Origin: Raillietiella orientalis
Lineage: Eukaryota
Length of the DNA stretch: 64,000 nucleotides
NCBI GenBank assembly: GCA_036172245.1
Contig: JAYWIR010000006.1
Location: 1,922,001 to 1,986,000, forward strand
Direction: 5' to 3'
The position numbers and the translations under genes were made by a program. The notes beneath the pieces were generated by a model that worked only from the letters and a program-made list of their open reading frames with translations, was not told the origin of the DNA and made no database searches. This document shows, piece after piece, positions 1 to 13,000 of the stretch. Numbering within the stretch: position 1 is the stretch's first letter; each line of letters starts with the position of its first letter.

Positions 1-289
1 GTAACGAATGAGATGGAAATCCAAGTTTCAGCTGCTGGAAACATGTACGGGCAGCACGCTCTGCTGGCAAAGGTAGTAACTGGCGATTCGGAGAAATGCA
101 ATTTCAAAGGGTGGAAATTCTGATCTTTGTGCAGAAGAGATGCAGCTAATCTTGAATCCTGGACTTCATCACGCACTGAGGACAAACAAAAGCTGCAATG
201 GAAACGGCATCCAAGGATACTGTTTGGTCGCCGAGATACATCAACATGCTCTCCGGGTAGGAATTGACCTTGCTTTCGGAGCGTGGATT

Positions 290-612
290 CTACATGAGGG
301 GAGGAATAGATCCCTTCCAATCCTCAATATCTACCTCAATATCCTTCTTGAGAATACTAGAGATGCTTTCACTCACCCTTTCTCGCTTTGAAAACCCATG
401 GACCTTGTTTGCAAGGAGATCGGTCTTCCTCCGATTGGTGAAGATGACGATGTGTCCAGTGCGTGTTTTTGCTAAACTGCTTGTCGCCACTTCGCGACTG
501 ATCTGCTTTTCCTGTGTCGGAAGAACTAGAGTTACCTCAGGATCTCGTCGTTCTGAAAATTCTAGAGGACTCACCGCCAATGCTAGGAGCGATTCATGCT
601 TTCTTCTGGACT
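290..612 (-). CDS. Possible further terminal exon (unassigned 3' ORF)
   Basis: Good acceptor ctcctcttctcag at 613-625 followed by an open frame SRRKHESLLALAVSPLEFSERRDPEV...IPPLM*. I could not phase-match it to the upstream exon in that frame. Confidence 0.25.
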
Positions 613-821
613 GAGAAGAGGAGAGCTTGTTTGCTGCTGCATCTTTCCTCCTTTTTTGTCACGTTCCTTCAAACTCTGCCGCCGATTTTTTGAAGAAAAA
701 GAAAAGCCTCCAGAATATAGCATCCAGAACGACAAAGAGTAGTGTTCCTTCTCTTCAGCAGGTCGACGGCCAAGAACGTGCCTCTAGCATATTTCCTGGA
801 TGTGCTGGATATAGGTATGCG

Positions 822-1020
822 TTACCACCATCCTCTTCCTTTGCTTTTGAGAGCAAGGACGTCAGGGTCACTAAGTACATCGTCTCTCTTCAAATTCCAA
901 GAATCATCGAATCCCTTCTCGCTCTTATCGAAACCTCTTCCTTGTAGGCAAAGGTGGAAGGCAGTTTCTCCGGCTCTGAACTTCGCTTTTCGCTGAGCTT
1001 CTTTCGATGCTGCTGACGAG
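822..1020 (-). CDS. Probable cytoplasmic-tail exon of the Side-like gene
   Basis: A phase-2 acceptor (aattaaag) gives RSSAASKEAQRKAKFRAGE...GFDDSWNLKRDDVLSDPDVLALKSKGRGWW*. DPDVL resembles the xPD(L/V/I)I motif of Side-family tails. Both boundaries are uncertain, and a donor (gtaacg) overlaps the stop. Confidence 0.5.
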
Positions 1021-4000
1021 CTTTAATTTTGGCAGATAGCAGCAAGGAGGATAATCAGACTATCGTTCTGGAGCGCCAGACCCGATCACCTAACTCTTGG
1101 ACCGACTTCTGGTGTTGGCTGGCAGGAGGCTCGCCAATTCCACTCTGCCCATGCCGACCATTTTCGACACATAGAGTTCGCATCGCTTCTTTCACAAAGA
1201 GCTGCTTGCACGGGTGAGTAGGTTGAGGCAGGTAGCACGTACGAAACGGGATTCATCTGATGTTCGTGGTCGCCCTTATGCAGGAGGTGGGTTGATGCAT
1301 GATGCTGTCCAAAAATGTAGCCCTTGCAAGGTCAACGCAGGACGTAACTTTGCCCTAATCTGGGTATCTTTCGACGAGGAAGAGCCATGCCTTCTGGGCT
1401 GAGGCATGTGTTCTCTGAGGGCAAATCTGCGTCTCGTACACTGATCGGAAGTGATCCCCAACAACTTGCTATCGTCAGTTATCTGTGTTCAAAGATCTAG
1501 CCCGGTTAGATTTGCCCAGATGCTTGATGCCCCTTGTGTCTATTGGATAGCAATGAGCGGGAACAAGGCCAAGGTAGGAAGGAAGCATGGTAGATCAACC
1601 CTAAAGGTCACAAAGGATTTTGGAGGAGTTGCCTTTGTAAAAGCTCGTTGGAAAAGATGATCTAATTAGGAATAGTAAAATCCACATCTTGCGATCAAAG
1701 AAAAGCAACATTGAGAACTCATCAGCAAACAAAAGAAGGATTCTGTGACTAATCACTGAGAGTGAAAACAACGGTCCTAGCGTGCTAATGGACTTCTGAT
1801 CCATTAAACTCAGAGCAACAGTCTGAAGGAGAAAGGTCGACGCGAGGCAAGCTCGGGTTAAGAAAGAGCTGATGAGGTACTTGGATTCGCAGTCTTGAAC
1901 AGGCGTGAACGATGCTCGCGATTTCGAGGAAGAGAGGGATTCACTTCTTCCGCTGCGAAGTGCAACTTCTCACTCAAGCGGCTGCAGGAACTTTGACGCT
2001 GGCGAACTCTCTTGCAGCGGACAGAATGCTTGAAGCCTGCGTCTCCGTCCTCTAAAAGAAAAAAAGGTCACCCTTGCCACGCTAAGGATTCATTTTCGAC
2101 GGGGCACATTTTGTCTGCTTTCGTGACAGCTTGGAAAGAACGTTTTTCTGAAGGGCGCAAGACTGAAGCGACCAGAGGGAGGTCATTATTGTTTATGAGA
2201 GCGTAAACGAGGATGGCCCAATAAACGCCTTTCCACGATGGATGTTGTGGGCCACAAAATGATGCAAATGTAAAATACATAAAATAAACAAATGGATGGT
2301 TAGAAGCTGTACTCTGGACAGTATATCACGTGAGTCCGAAGTGGTACAGTTTCTCATAGTCGGCTTCACTTGGGTGAATGGAGAGGGGATTGAGCGGAGG
2401 AGGAAGCAAATGAGGACGGGAAGAGTCTAGCGACTTTTCGAGAACCTTCCTGTTTCTCTCGGTCACGAAAGGACGCCAATATATGACAAATAAACGCACG
2501 TAGTACACTCGGATTCGTAATGCAATCCCGTGGAAGGAGTATTGCACTGCGCGCACTTCCTCCAGATGAAGAGATCCGGAGTGATAAGGGAGAAAGATAA
2601 TAAATAAAGGAAAATGAATAAACAATGGAATGAGGAGATAAAGGATCATGGGATTCCAGTCCTTCTGATCCTCAGTCCTCGCACGAGACGGACGATATTA
2701 TCCCACACTGCTTAGGTCATATGATGCCATCTTCTCGCTCTCCGTAGCACGTAGGAGGAATGTGACCTGTCTTTTCCATTCCCAGAGTTCTTTCGAAAGA
2801 CAGGCTGATTAGGTGCCACGGGTGTAGCATGCGGTGGCCACTGCTACTGGCGAAATGCGGAAGTCTACCTTGGCCGAGGAGATGGCTCGCGAATCCTTTC
2901 GGGATGTTTTGCTAGCTCATCCCAGTACGATCGAAGGAAAATGGAGCAGATCCGAAAGCGGCATCGACAACTCTTGGGCGGTGGATACTAAAGGGTTCGA
3001 CTCGTACAAAGTGGGCCCTCCGAAAAGGACCGCCGAAAACAGTTTGCAGGCTTCACGTATGAAGCACAAATGAAGGAGAGAGGCACCACCACTCCACTCA
3101 CGAGTCAACTCGAGCCGGCATGCCACCCGGGTATGCCGGGACGTTTATTGAAACATTTCAATGGTCAGTACATTACGTGGTACAAGGCCCCACTAACGAC
3201 CAACGTTCCGCCGGACCTGGCAGGACGCTGGTACGCAGATCAGCGTGACTCTCCTCGGCAGTGGAAGGGGAAGGTGGAAAAAACAAAAAGAAAAATAAAA
3301 CAATAACCGAGAAAAAAAAAAGGTTTTGGAGGAAGGGGAAGGGATCACTGCCCACCGGGAGGAGGATCCATCCTTTGCAGGATGCCCTCGAGGTCCTCCT
3401 TCATTCTACCTAGCTGGCGCCATCCGGTAGCTCTCTGCAGGAAGCGGACAGCATACGGGATGACGTCCGTTACGATGGAATCTTCATCTTCGGCTTCACT
3501 CCAGCCGCCACAATACCACGGATGCAGCAAAGTGCTGCCAGGGCTGCGGCTGGCCTCAGGGCGTCCCGCACGAAGAGAAGACTGTAGACTTTTCTGGGGT
3601 TGCCGCCAACCGGTATCCCAAGGGTCGTTCCGAGACGTTCCCACAGAATCCGGAGGGTAGGGCAGTCAACTATGAGGTGGGGGAGGGACTCTCGCCCTCC
3701 ACACCTGGAACACTCAGGATGTACTCTACCCCGGGTCCAGGGGAAGCGGCGCGCGTTGCAGGGTAGACCCCAATGCAACAACATGAGCGCCGACTCTTGC
3801 CACTTCAGTGGAAGAATCCTGGATCCTGTCAATACCGGAAGCCACTTCAGGTCACCCGACCGGATGCCGAGCAGCTCGCCCCATCTCTTCAGTCCTTTCG
3901 GCTGGACACTAGGGGTCGTAGCGTCTGTCAGCTCTTCCATGGTCCAGCCGCTCATCATCTTCTCTCTACCTGCGATACGGCAGCAGACTTGCCACCTTGG

Positions 4001-7000
4001 CTTCCGGCTGTTGTGAAGCGCCCTTCTCAGGAAGGGCATCGCCGTAGTAAGTGGTGTCCCTTCCGCTCACGTGCAACTGGATGGAAATTAAAGAATTTCA
4101 CGCAGAGTGCGGCGGGCGTAGATGCCGACTCGCAGGCAGTTCCACGTCTCGTGGTTCTTCTCATTTATCTTCGCCCACGTGCCAGCGGTCTCCTTCAGCC
4201 ATGAGGAGGAGTTGGCGGGGCTGCAGACCATTTAGCCGTTCTCCTTTGCCAAGGTGGACATGCGTCTAAGGAGCAGGCCGCATCTTCGCATCTTCCGGCC
4301 GGAGCACAGAAGATAAGACGCTAGTCCTTGCGTCCTGGAGACACAGCTGGCAAGAAGGCGGGCCGGAACGCACCAAGGGGTGCTCCACAACTTCGCTGCG
4401 ATGGCCAAGGTGCGCCATCGCAGCTGGATTTCCAAGCGCTCCAGCTCAGGAGACCAAGACCGCCGTCTCGACGCAGCGCGTAAGTCCATCAGAGGCACAC
4501 AGGACCTGCCTTTGCCCCAAAGGGCGATGCGTAGGAGGTCCCTCGTCCTCTTTTTCAAAAGGAGGGGGACGGGGCAAACAAAAAGCAGGAAGCGGAGGAT
4601 GGGAGCCGCGAACGCGTTCCATACCGCGGCCCGTTCCGGCTAGAGGAACTTGCCTCCCAGGAACGGGCCGATCGCCAGCTCTACTTTCTGGAGACACCTG
4701 ACCAGGCTTCTGACAGGCAGAAGTCCCCCAACGGAACGCCGAAGTACTTCAGGTACCTGGCCGTGGGGATCCCCAAGCGGATCCAGTCAGGCCGTCCAAC
4801 CCACGTCGCACCAACCGCCACCACCGACGACTTTGCCTTGTTCACCCGCAGTCACGTCCCGCGGCTTAGCAGGTCGAAAAAATCCTCGACTGCCGCTGCC
4901 GGAGAGGACATGGGGAGCAAAAGCAGAAGATCGTCGGCGTACGCTGCTTCTGCGGGCGTGCCAGGGCACGAGCTCGGCAGGTGTGGGCATCCCTTATGAA
5001 GAAACATCCGGATCAAGGGAAGGTCATGTACTTCGGGTCATTTTCTGTCCGATCAGCCAGATTCATTTGCGTAGCGTGATTGCCTTCGCCTGCATAGCTT
5101 CGAAGGTGAGTCGTGTAAGGAGAATTTCTAGGAAACGTGCTCAGTCGTGTGTCCAACAAGAAGACCTTGGTCAACGGAAGGCATGACAAACTCGTAGCCA
5201 AATTAAGATGGCTACTCCTACACATCAGGAGATGGTGGCCTCCAGCCTGCCTGTTACAAGAACGGTTCTGTTCAGCTGAGGTGCTCTACCCAGGGAGGAG
5301 AACAGATGACTGCACTTATCAAAAATCACCTATGAAGGACCTGCGGCGGTAGCCGTATGGCTGCGGTCTCCCCGCGTTGTACCAAGCGCTGCGGATGCTA
5401 ATCCCCACCTGGAGCATCGACGCGGAGAAATAGGTGCGTCGTGGGTTCCAAGGTCCCTCTGCAAGATGACCTGTAGGCTTCGGGTGCGGTACTGGTTGAT
5501 AGCTGATCACGCTGGGGCATTTATTTATAAAATAAATCATACATGTCTGTGGCAGGACGTTTGATCCTGCCATGTTACTTATGAATACGAGAAGGAACCT
5601 GTCCGGAACTGGCACGCAGGCCAGAGGGGTTGCCTCGGCAGCACAGAAGAAGGGGAGGCAAACAAAAAGAAAAAAAAATAAAACAAGAAACATATAGTCA
5701 AAGAAAAAGGAAGAGGGGGGCTGGGGAAGGGATTACTGTGTGCTGGAGGGCGTCCTCTGCATCCTTGTAAGGATGCCAGCAAGTTCCTGTTTTATGGTTC
5801 CCAGATGGGTCCATCTTGATGCTGCCCTTATCAAGAGGACAGCAAAATAGATGACGTCTCTGTCGTCCTGGCCCCCTCTAGAATTGCTCCATGCAGCCAC
5901 AGTCCCGCCGCGTGGACAGCAAAGTGCTGCTGGGGATGAGGCCGGCGTGAAGGCACCAATCAGGAAGAGGTGCGTTTACAACGTCTCTGACGTTGCCTCC
6001 GGGGGTTCCAGGGTCGCAAAGAGCGTCCCCAAAAGGGTCGGAGGGCAACACAGTCTGCTAGGAGGTGCGGAAAGGATTCCCGCCCCCCTCAGCTTGAGCA
6101 CTTTAGGTTCAATCCCTCCTCCCGTGTCCAATGATGTGTGCGGACGTTGTATGGGAGGTCTCAGTGCAGCAGCATCAACAATAACTCCTGAAACTTCAAG
6201 GGGAGGGTGCGGATATTTATGAGCACCGAAGGTCACTGCTAGTCTTCCTCCGGAATACCCAGTAGCAAGCCCCAGCGTAAAAGTCCACGAGGTCGAGCAA
6301 TCGGGGCCGTAGAGTCGGTGGGCCGGTAGGTCGTTCACTCATCCAGTCCTCTTCTCCTTCCGAAGATTTGCACAGTAACCTCCCATCTAGCCGTAAGGCT
6401 GCTGCCCATGTACTCCTTTTCAGTGCGGTGGCGAAGGTGGCTCTGCTTGCTCATGTACTCTTCGCAGGATCTTTGAGGATCTCCCGAAGCGTGCAGTTGT
6501 TGTTGCTCGCATACAGGAAACGTCGCCCCTGTTCCGCGCTTGGCTCCTGGATCCTCCCCACGTGCGAACGGTTTCCTGCAGCCAGGCGCTACCGTTCATG
6601 GGCCAGTACGACATCCATCCTTTTTTTTTTGCCAGTGTGGCCACCTGCCGCAGGTGCAGTCCGCCGTGGATGAGACTGCATGGACGGCCCTCAATGATGG
6701 TCGCGAGTCCCACGTTGCAGGTGGCTTGCTGGTCAAGAAGTTGTGCAGGTTGGCACCAGGTGGTGATCCATTTTTTCCATGTGGGCCAGTTCTTAGATTG
6801 GAGCTGCAGCTCCTTTCGCTTCAGCGTCAGAACTAGGTCGTCGTCCCGGCGCGGAGCACACAAGTCCTTTAGGCGGACTCGAGGCCTCCCTTTGCCCCAG
6901 AGGGCGATCCGGAAGAGGCCCTTTGTCGCTTTCTTATGCTGCATGGAGGTGAGCAAACAAAAAGCAGGGAGCGGAGGAGGGGGGTACGAACGTGTTCCAC

Positions 7001-10000
7001 ACCGTTGCCCGCTCCGGCAGGTAAAACCTGCCTCATTGAAACAGGCCGAGCGCCTGCAGTGTTTTCTCAAGACTGGTGCGGCACTGGTGGAAGCCGGATG
7101 CCTCCCATTGATTGATCTCTGGGATTGGAAGTTGATCTTCCGGAGTCTTTCCAGGAATCAAGTAGCTGGTTCCCATTGGAGTTCCCTTCCGGTAGTGGAA
7201 ATGGAGATGCCATCTCCCCTTCCAGGGCGCATCCTCCACCCAGTGCCATGCAGCTAGTTGATACCTCTCCAGGATGCAAGAAGCGCACCGCTCTCTTCAG
7301 GGCTTCAGGGAAATTGGGAAGCCTCCCTTCATCCCCTCGGGGTTCTCTTCAGTGGAAAAACAAGGAGCGGTTTCCTTGCGGGTTCCCTCAGGAGGAGAAA
7401 TTCCAGGAGCAGATCCTTTCCGAGTTCTCTTCAGAGGAGATATGAGGTGTGGACTCCTCCAGGAAGTTCCTTCAGAGACAACTAAGGCGAGGGATTCCCT
7501 TCGGTGCACCTCTACCAAGAGTAACGGAAAAGAACTTGCTGCAGAGCATCCTTGGACTCATAAGGTAGTCGGCCCCGGCAGCCGCCCTTGTACGAATTGT
7601 TTTTAAGCCATCAATTGCGTTCGGAGCGCCTCCCGCCTGCGGAGGGAGCCCTTCCCACTGCTGATGCGTCGGAGTGCGGTTTCTGTGCATACCTATGTAA
7701 AATGGGACGGCAGGGAATGCAGGACAAATCGTCGGGCTGGTTCTCAGACAAAGCGAATGGGGAAGCAGAATCTTTCGCTTCGAGAAATCGGTTCCACAAC
7801 CGCGAGCATAAGGGTGCGATGGATACGGGAAAAGAGCATCCCCATCCCCGGGAGTCGGACCGTCGGCCAGGAAGAGTGTTCCCGACCAGTGCGCAAGCGC
7901 AGCACGACATCTTCCTGCGCTCTCTGAATTTCACGGCTTCCCTGATTGCAGGCCCGAGGGGCACGTCGCGTGTTGGTAGTGACTGCGTCCCAATGCCCTG
8001 CAGGACGACGGGAAGGGGGAATCCGAGACGCGCAGTTTGCTTTGCAGCGAGGCGCATCACTATGGCCGTCGCAAAGGCAGAATCCACGGAGCTGGGGCCA
8101 GAGGGAGGCGGCGGAGAGAAGGAAGGAACCAGAGCGAAGAGAGCGTGGCGTCTCGGAAAGTGCTGAACAAGGTTGTCCCCATCTGTCCTTCCCTAAGGGC
8201 GGGCAGCGCGGCGACGAGGGAGGTTCTGCTTGTCCATGCGCTCTTCACGGGTTCTTCCACGATCTTCCGGAGGCGTGCAGTTGTTGTTGTGCGCGTACAG
8301 GAAACGTCACACCAGTTCCTCGCTTGGCTTCTGGATTCTCGCACATGGTCGAGAATCCAGATTCGACACAGGGTCATAGCGCAATTTGCCCCTACATGGA
8401 GCCAACCACTCAGGTTGAAGTATCTGTGAGCGGAGGAGCACTCGCAGAATCCTTCGGCTTCGCCTCGAAAACGCACTTTGCACGAACCGATTGCGGGCAT
8501 GCGTGCTTATCTCACGCTCGGATTCTCCTATCCCCTAATCCGATCCAATGAATCTCCTCCCATCCCAATAGATCAGCAAGAACTCGAACGAAGTTGAAGT
8601 CCAGCCGAACCAGGATCGCAAAGCGTCTGGTAGTTCCTCATCACTGCTGAAATGAGCTGCTGCCTGGAGAGATGTGGCTTCCACAGCCATTCGGCCTTGA
8701 ACCTCTGAGGCACATCAAGAGAACTGGCGATGAACTCTTCCCCGATTCCTGCACCTGATGAAGAACGCGGAGCTTCAGTAAATCGAAGCATATGCTACCC
8801 AGTTGAGGCGTCGAGAGTCTTTCGAAATTCGGTTCCCCTAGTAAGAGATTCTTGTGGTGACGCGACTATGGATCCGTGTGCCATTCCTGGATGTCCGCCA
8901 CAGGCAGTCCTTCAGCAGCAACGACGAAGCTCACAGATCCTGAGGTGTGGAAATTTCACCCTTCACCCCCACCTCGGCTTTCCTCTACGCAGTTCCCGAG
9001 TCTTTCAGATAAACCGGTGTTGAGAATCTGCACTTATCCAGCGGATGGAATGATTTCAGAAAGTTCAGGAGGTTCAAACCTATGCCGATCGTCCGGTCGC
9101 AGCAATGTGAAGGTCCACACACTGTTGGGCACTGTCCGCAATACAGTTTCGCTTTGAGGCGGTCAAAGAGATTTGGATTCCATTTCCAATGTTTGGATCG
9201 CATCCGCTATCGTGCACGACGACAAAGCCAGCCTGCGGTTCCCATGGAAACAACATCAACACGGAAACGTCATTCTGACCCAAGAGCAGATGAAACCCGC
9301 AAACTGTTTCTCAACCGGGTGCGCCGGGGCGTTTATTGCTGAACTATCCAGGAACAGAGTTCCCGGACAAAGGACACAAAAAAAAACGAAGGGGGGGATC
9401 CCCGACACGCAGGTCGGTAAACCGAAAGTCCCGAACGGGAGGGAGGCTGCCGCAAATACACATGTAAAAAATAGAAACAAAGATATGGGGAGGGTAGGGG
9501 ACAGGGGTCTTTGGTTTGGGCCGTTCCTTTCCTTCAGAACCGGCTAACCCGCAAGCTGTCACAAGAGAGAAGTGCCGATGCTCGTGAGCTCCGAAGCGAA
9601 GGCTCGCCTGTCGTCGAAAATTTGGATGTTCCGAACGACTATGGCTTCTTCGAGGAGGCGTGGATTTTACAAGAATTTAGACCATGATGAAACAAGAACA
9701 CCTGTAGGAAGAATGCGGCACCCCCTTAACGCGAAGAAGAAAATGACCCTCCCATCTTGTGACTGGTAATGAAACTGGTCTTTATTGCGCGAACGCACCA
9801 AATCCACCGTGAAAACATCAAAAAGATCATTAAGTGAACGAGGGAAGAGAACGGCAACCTGATAAACCCTCCGGAGGTTTGGAAACCGGAAGGCCTTCTT
9901 ATTGGCTTCCTGGAAGAGCACCCTGGCTTATTATTCAGCGATGAAAGGACCAATATTTCGCAGACCTTCGTGAAGGGATCCGTCACAAAGCGCAGTACGA

Positions 10001-13000
10001 AAGGTGTCTTTCGTGGAGATGAAAACTCACGAGATCTGAGCGCAAGCAGGAGTGCCCTCAAAGTACCGGCCGCGACGCCTGAATGAACTTTCCATCATCC
10101 CTTGATTGCAGACGCAACTCGACCGGAGTCAACGGAGGCGGGACCGCGCCTTGTTTCAGTCGGCAGCGAGCGCAGGACGAAATCGGGAGTGATCCAACTG
10201 GAAACTCGAGCTCAGCACCTCCTCGAAACGGATTCAGGAAGGTCACCGCGGGGTACTCGAGGGAAGCAAAGCAGTCGAAGGGAGTTCTGCCTGAAAGGCG
10301 CTAAATCTGCTCTTACCGGCGCATTGCCAATTATCTCATTAATTAGTCTGCGGATTTAAGGATTCCATCGGCAACCGATGGCATATTGCACCAGTTGCGC
10401 TTTTAACCAAGTACCAATTTTCAGATTCCGGATGCTCCGTCAGAGTCCCAGGACGTGCTCTTTTAAATCTTTATGGAACACGGAATATCGAGCAGAACAT
10501 TTGGCTCTACGGCAGTTGACTACTGCTAGACTGCTTACGCCTCCGAGAAAGCGACTCGAGAACAGTTTGCACGAGTCAGGCAGAGAACCCGAGTTTGCAC
10601 GTTTTTATTTGAAAACTCCCCAGAGGCATTCCTCAGGCACTGCGGTGGTTCCTCAGCATTCCTAACCTAATGTTCTTTTGATCTGGTTCCATCGTGGCTC
10701 CTTCGTCTGGCGTCACAGCGGCGACATCTTTTTTGATCAAGGCTGTGAATTGCGGAGATCGGTCTGTTTCCCTTTGAAAATTTCGGAAATGAAAAAAAAA
10801 AAAAAAACAAAGCCCATCTCATCATTTCAATTTTCCTTTTATTCACAAGCTAGAGATCAAAGTGGCAAGAACATGATTTATGATCTTGAAATGACGCGCA
10901 CACACTCACACGCAAAAACGGAGAAGTTAGCTGCTTTCAGCGTGGAATCAAGGTATGGAATCAAGGTACTTCAGATTGATAGGAGATTACCGAGAGTTAA
11001 TGAGGAGGCAGGAATCGGAATTATGCTTGTGTGGAAAGACGGACAGCGGCATCGCCATCTTTGAGACCATTGTGAACCCCTTGGGATGCACTTTTAGACG
11101 TATCACCTGATAAGCCTGGAAGTCCTGGATAGCGAGGATCGGCTCTGTGGGAGTGGCATTTCAGCATTCAAAGAAACAGAAAGAAAACTTGCATTTTTCA
11201 ATCTGGTTATTGCTGAAGAGCTCTTGTTATTTTATCCTCCCGTTGGTGCTTACTTTTATGCTTTAGATTCACCGTTTCTTGTTCATCTTGAAGAATATCA
11301 ACAGAGCCACGATAAGAATTGCAAATGCTATTCCGAATGCATTTCCCAAGACCAGGTGGAGGTGATGGGCGAGTCTGGAAGGTTCTTGAAGAAGTTTTTG
11401 AGATGAGAACCAAATAGATACATCACGGCGATAAACAATCACGCATTCCAACAACCAAGAGAGCTGTTCTTAGCGGCTCGCGAGAGGAGATGAGTAGCGT
11501 CTTTTCACAGAAAGACGGAGGTCACACGACCACGAGTCGGCAAGGATACTTTCCGTTCGATGCACATTTCCTGCGGCACAGAGATCACCGTCTCTGAATA
11601 CGCACACATGCTAAATTCACGTTGCCCACGGTGGTCGCGGAACCGCTTTGATCCACGTTTCCAACCGTAAAACTGCGCCGGGCTGGGTTCGACAGCCGTA
11701 CCGGGATAGCGCAAGTCCCACAACGGAGACACCGAGATCATGCAAATGGTGAAGCAAGGATCAACCACGACGTTACTTAGTGAGCTTCCGTCACCTGGAG
11801 ACCATGTAGCGTGGAGACCACGTGAAACCTAAGTCGAAATGCATCCTCCGCTGAGCCCGCTCGTGATTAAAAGTGATAAGGAGGATTTACGACGTGCATT
11901 TCGGCCCTTGGCGGGCAACGGTTGCACAGAGCTCGCTATGATGGGACATCCTTATCCAAAGAAAGAATAGAAATCCAGGCAAAGATGCAGAGCTGGCTGC
12001 GCGGAGATATCTTCGCAAGCGAAAGTAGACCTTCCGGGGGAGAAATAACCATGGAGAGTAGCGGAGAAGTAACGCAACGAGGAATGGTAATAAAATTATG
12101 GACTTGCGTGCTTCCGAGCAAGATGGGGACAATCCGGACATGATGAAGAGCCGATCCAGGTCCACAGAAAAAAAGTGCTTTAGAAGTGCACGATGCTATA
12201 TGAGTGTACTGAATTCTCTAATGGCTGGTTCGGAAACGGTCCGTGGAATCCTTTTAGCAGGATTGAAACTGATGCCAGCTCGGAAACAACGATGTGAAAA
12301 GTGCTTCCCTTCATAGAAGGTAACTGAGGACTTTGTTTTCGTTCCTTGAAATTTTGCGAAACGCTTTCGACATTCCACAGACTTCCGAATGCAATGTGAC
12401 TTCTTCGTGGTTGTCAATTTCCATTTTACACACCAGGGAATCATGGAATCCATCCATATCCAATTATGTTCCGTGATCATCCTATCTAATGGTAATTCAT
12501 TTTTCCTGTGGTAGTTTTAGAGTCTAATTACAGAATCTCCCCAGAGATTGGACACCACGATCGCATGAATTTGTTCTAACAAAGCATTCGAGTCCCCTCT
12601 ATCTCATGATTCATCGATTGTAACTCGATGTTAATGATACATTGCAACGAACACAGTGTTTCTTTTTCAAATGTCAACGAACACGACTGAGCAAACCACA
12701 GGAAAAAAAAAAAAAAATTGCTGCATACTGTCTGAGTTTGCTTTCTACGCCCCGTGTGTTGGCCACCTAAGGATCAAAAGGAAACTTCTTCTGTATCTTG
12801 CAAAATTAAATCATTTTCCTTCAACTCTGCGTGGCATACAGTTAGGAAACTCGCGATGTGCACCTCTGAATATCTCTGTTCCTGTTCCCCGCTTTAGAAA
12901 AGATTCTTCTGGACTAAGCGAAAGATGGAAGAAATCATTCCATGCAGTCTTACAACCTCAGACACCTAACACAAACATTTTCTGTTTGCTTGATGGACCG

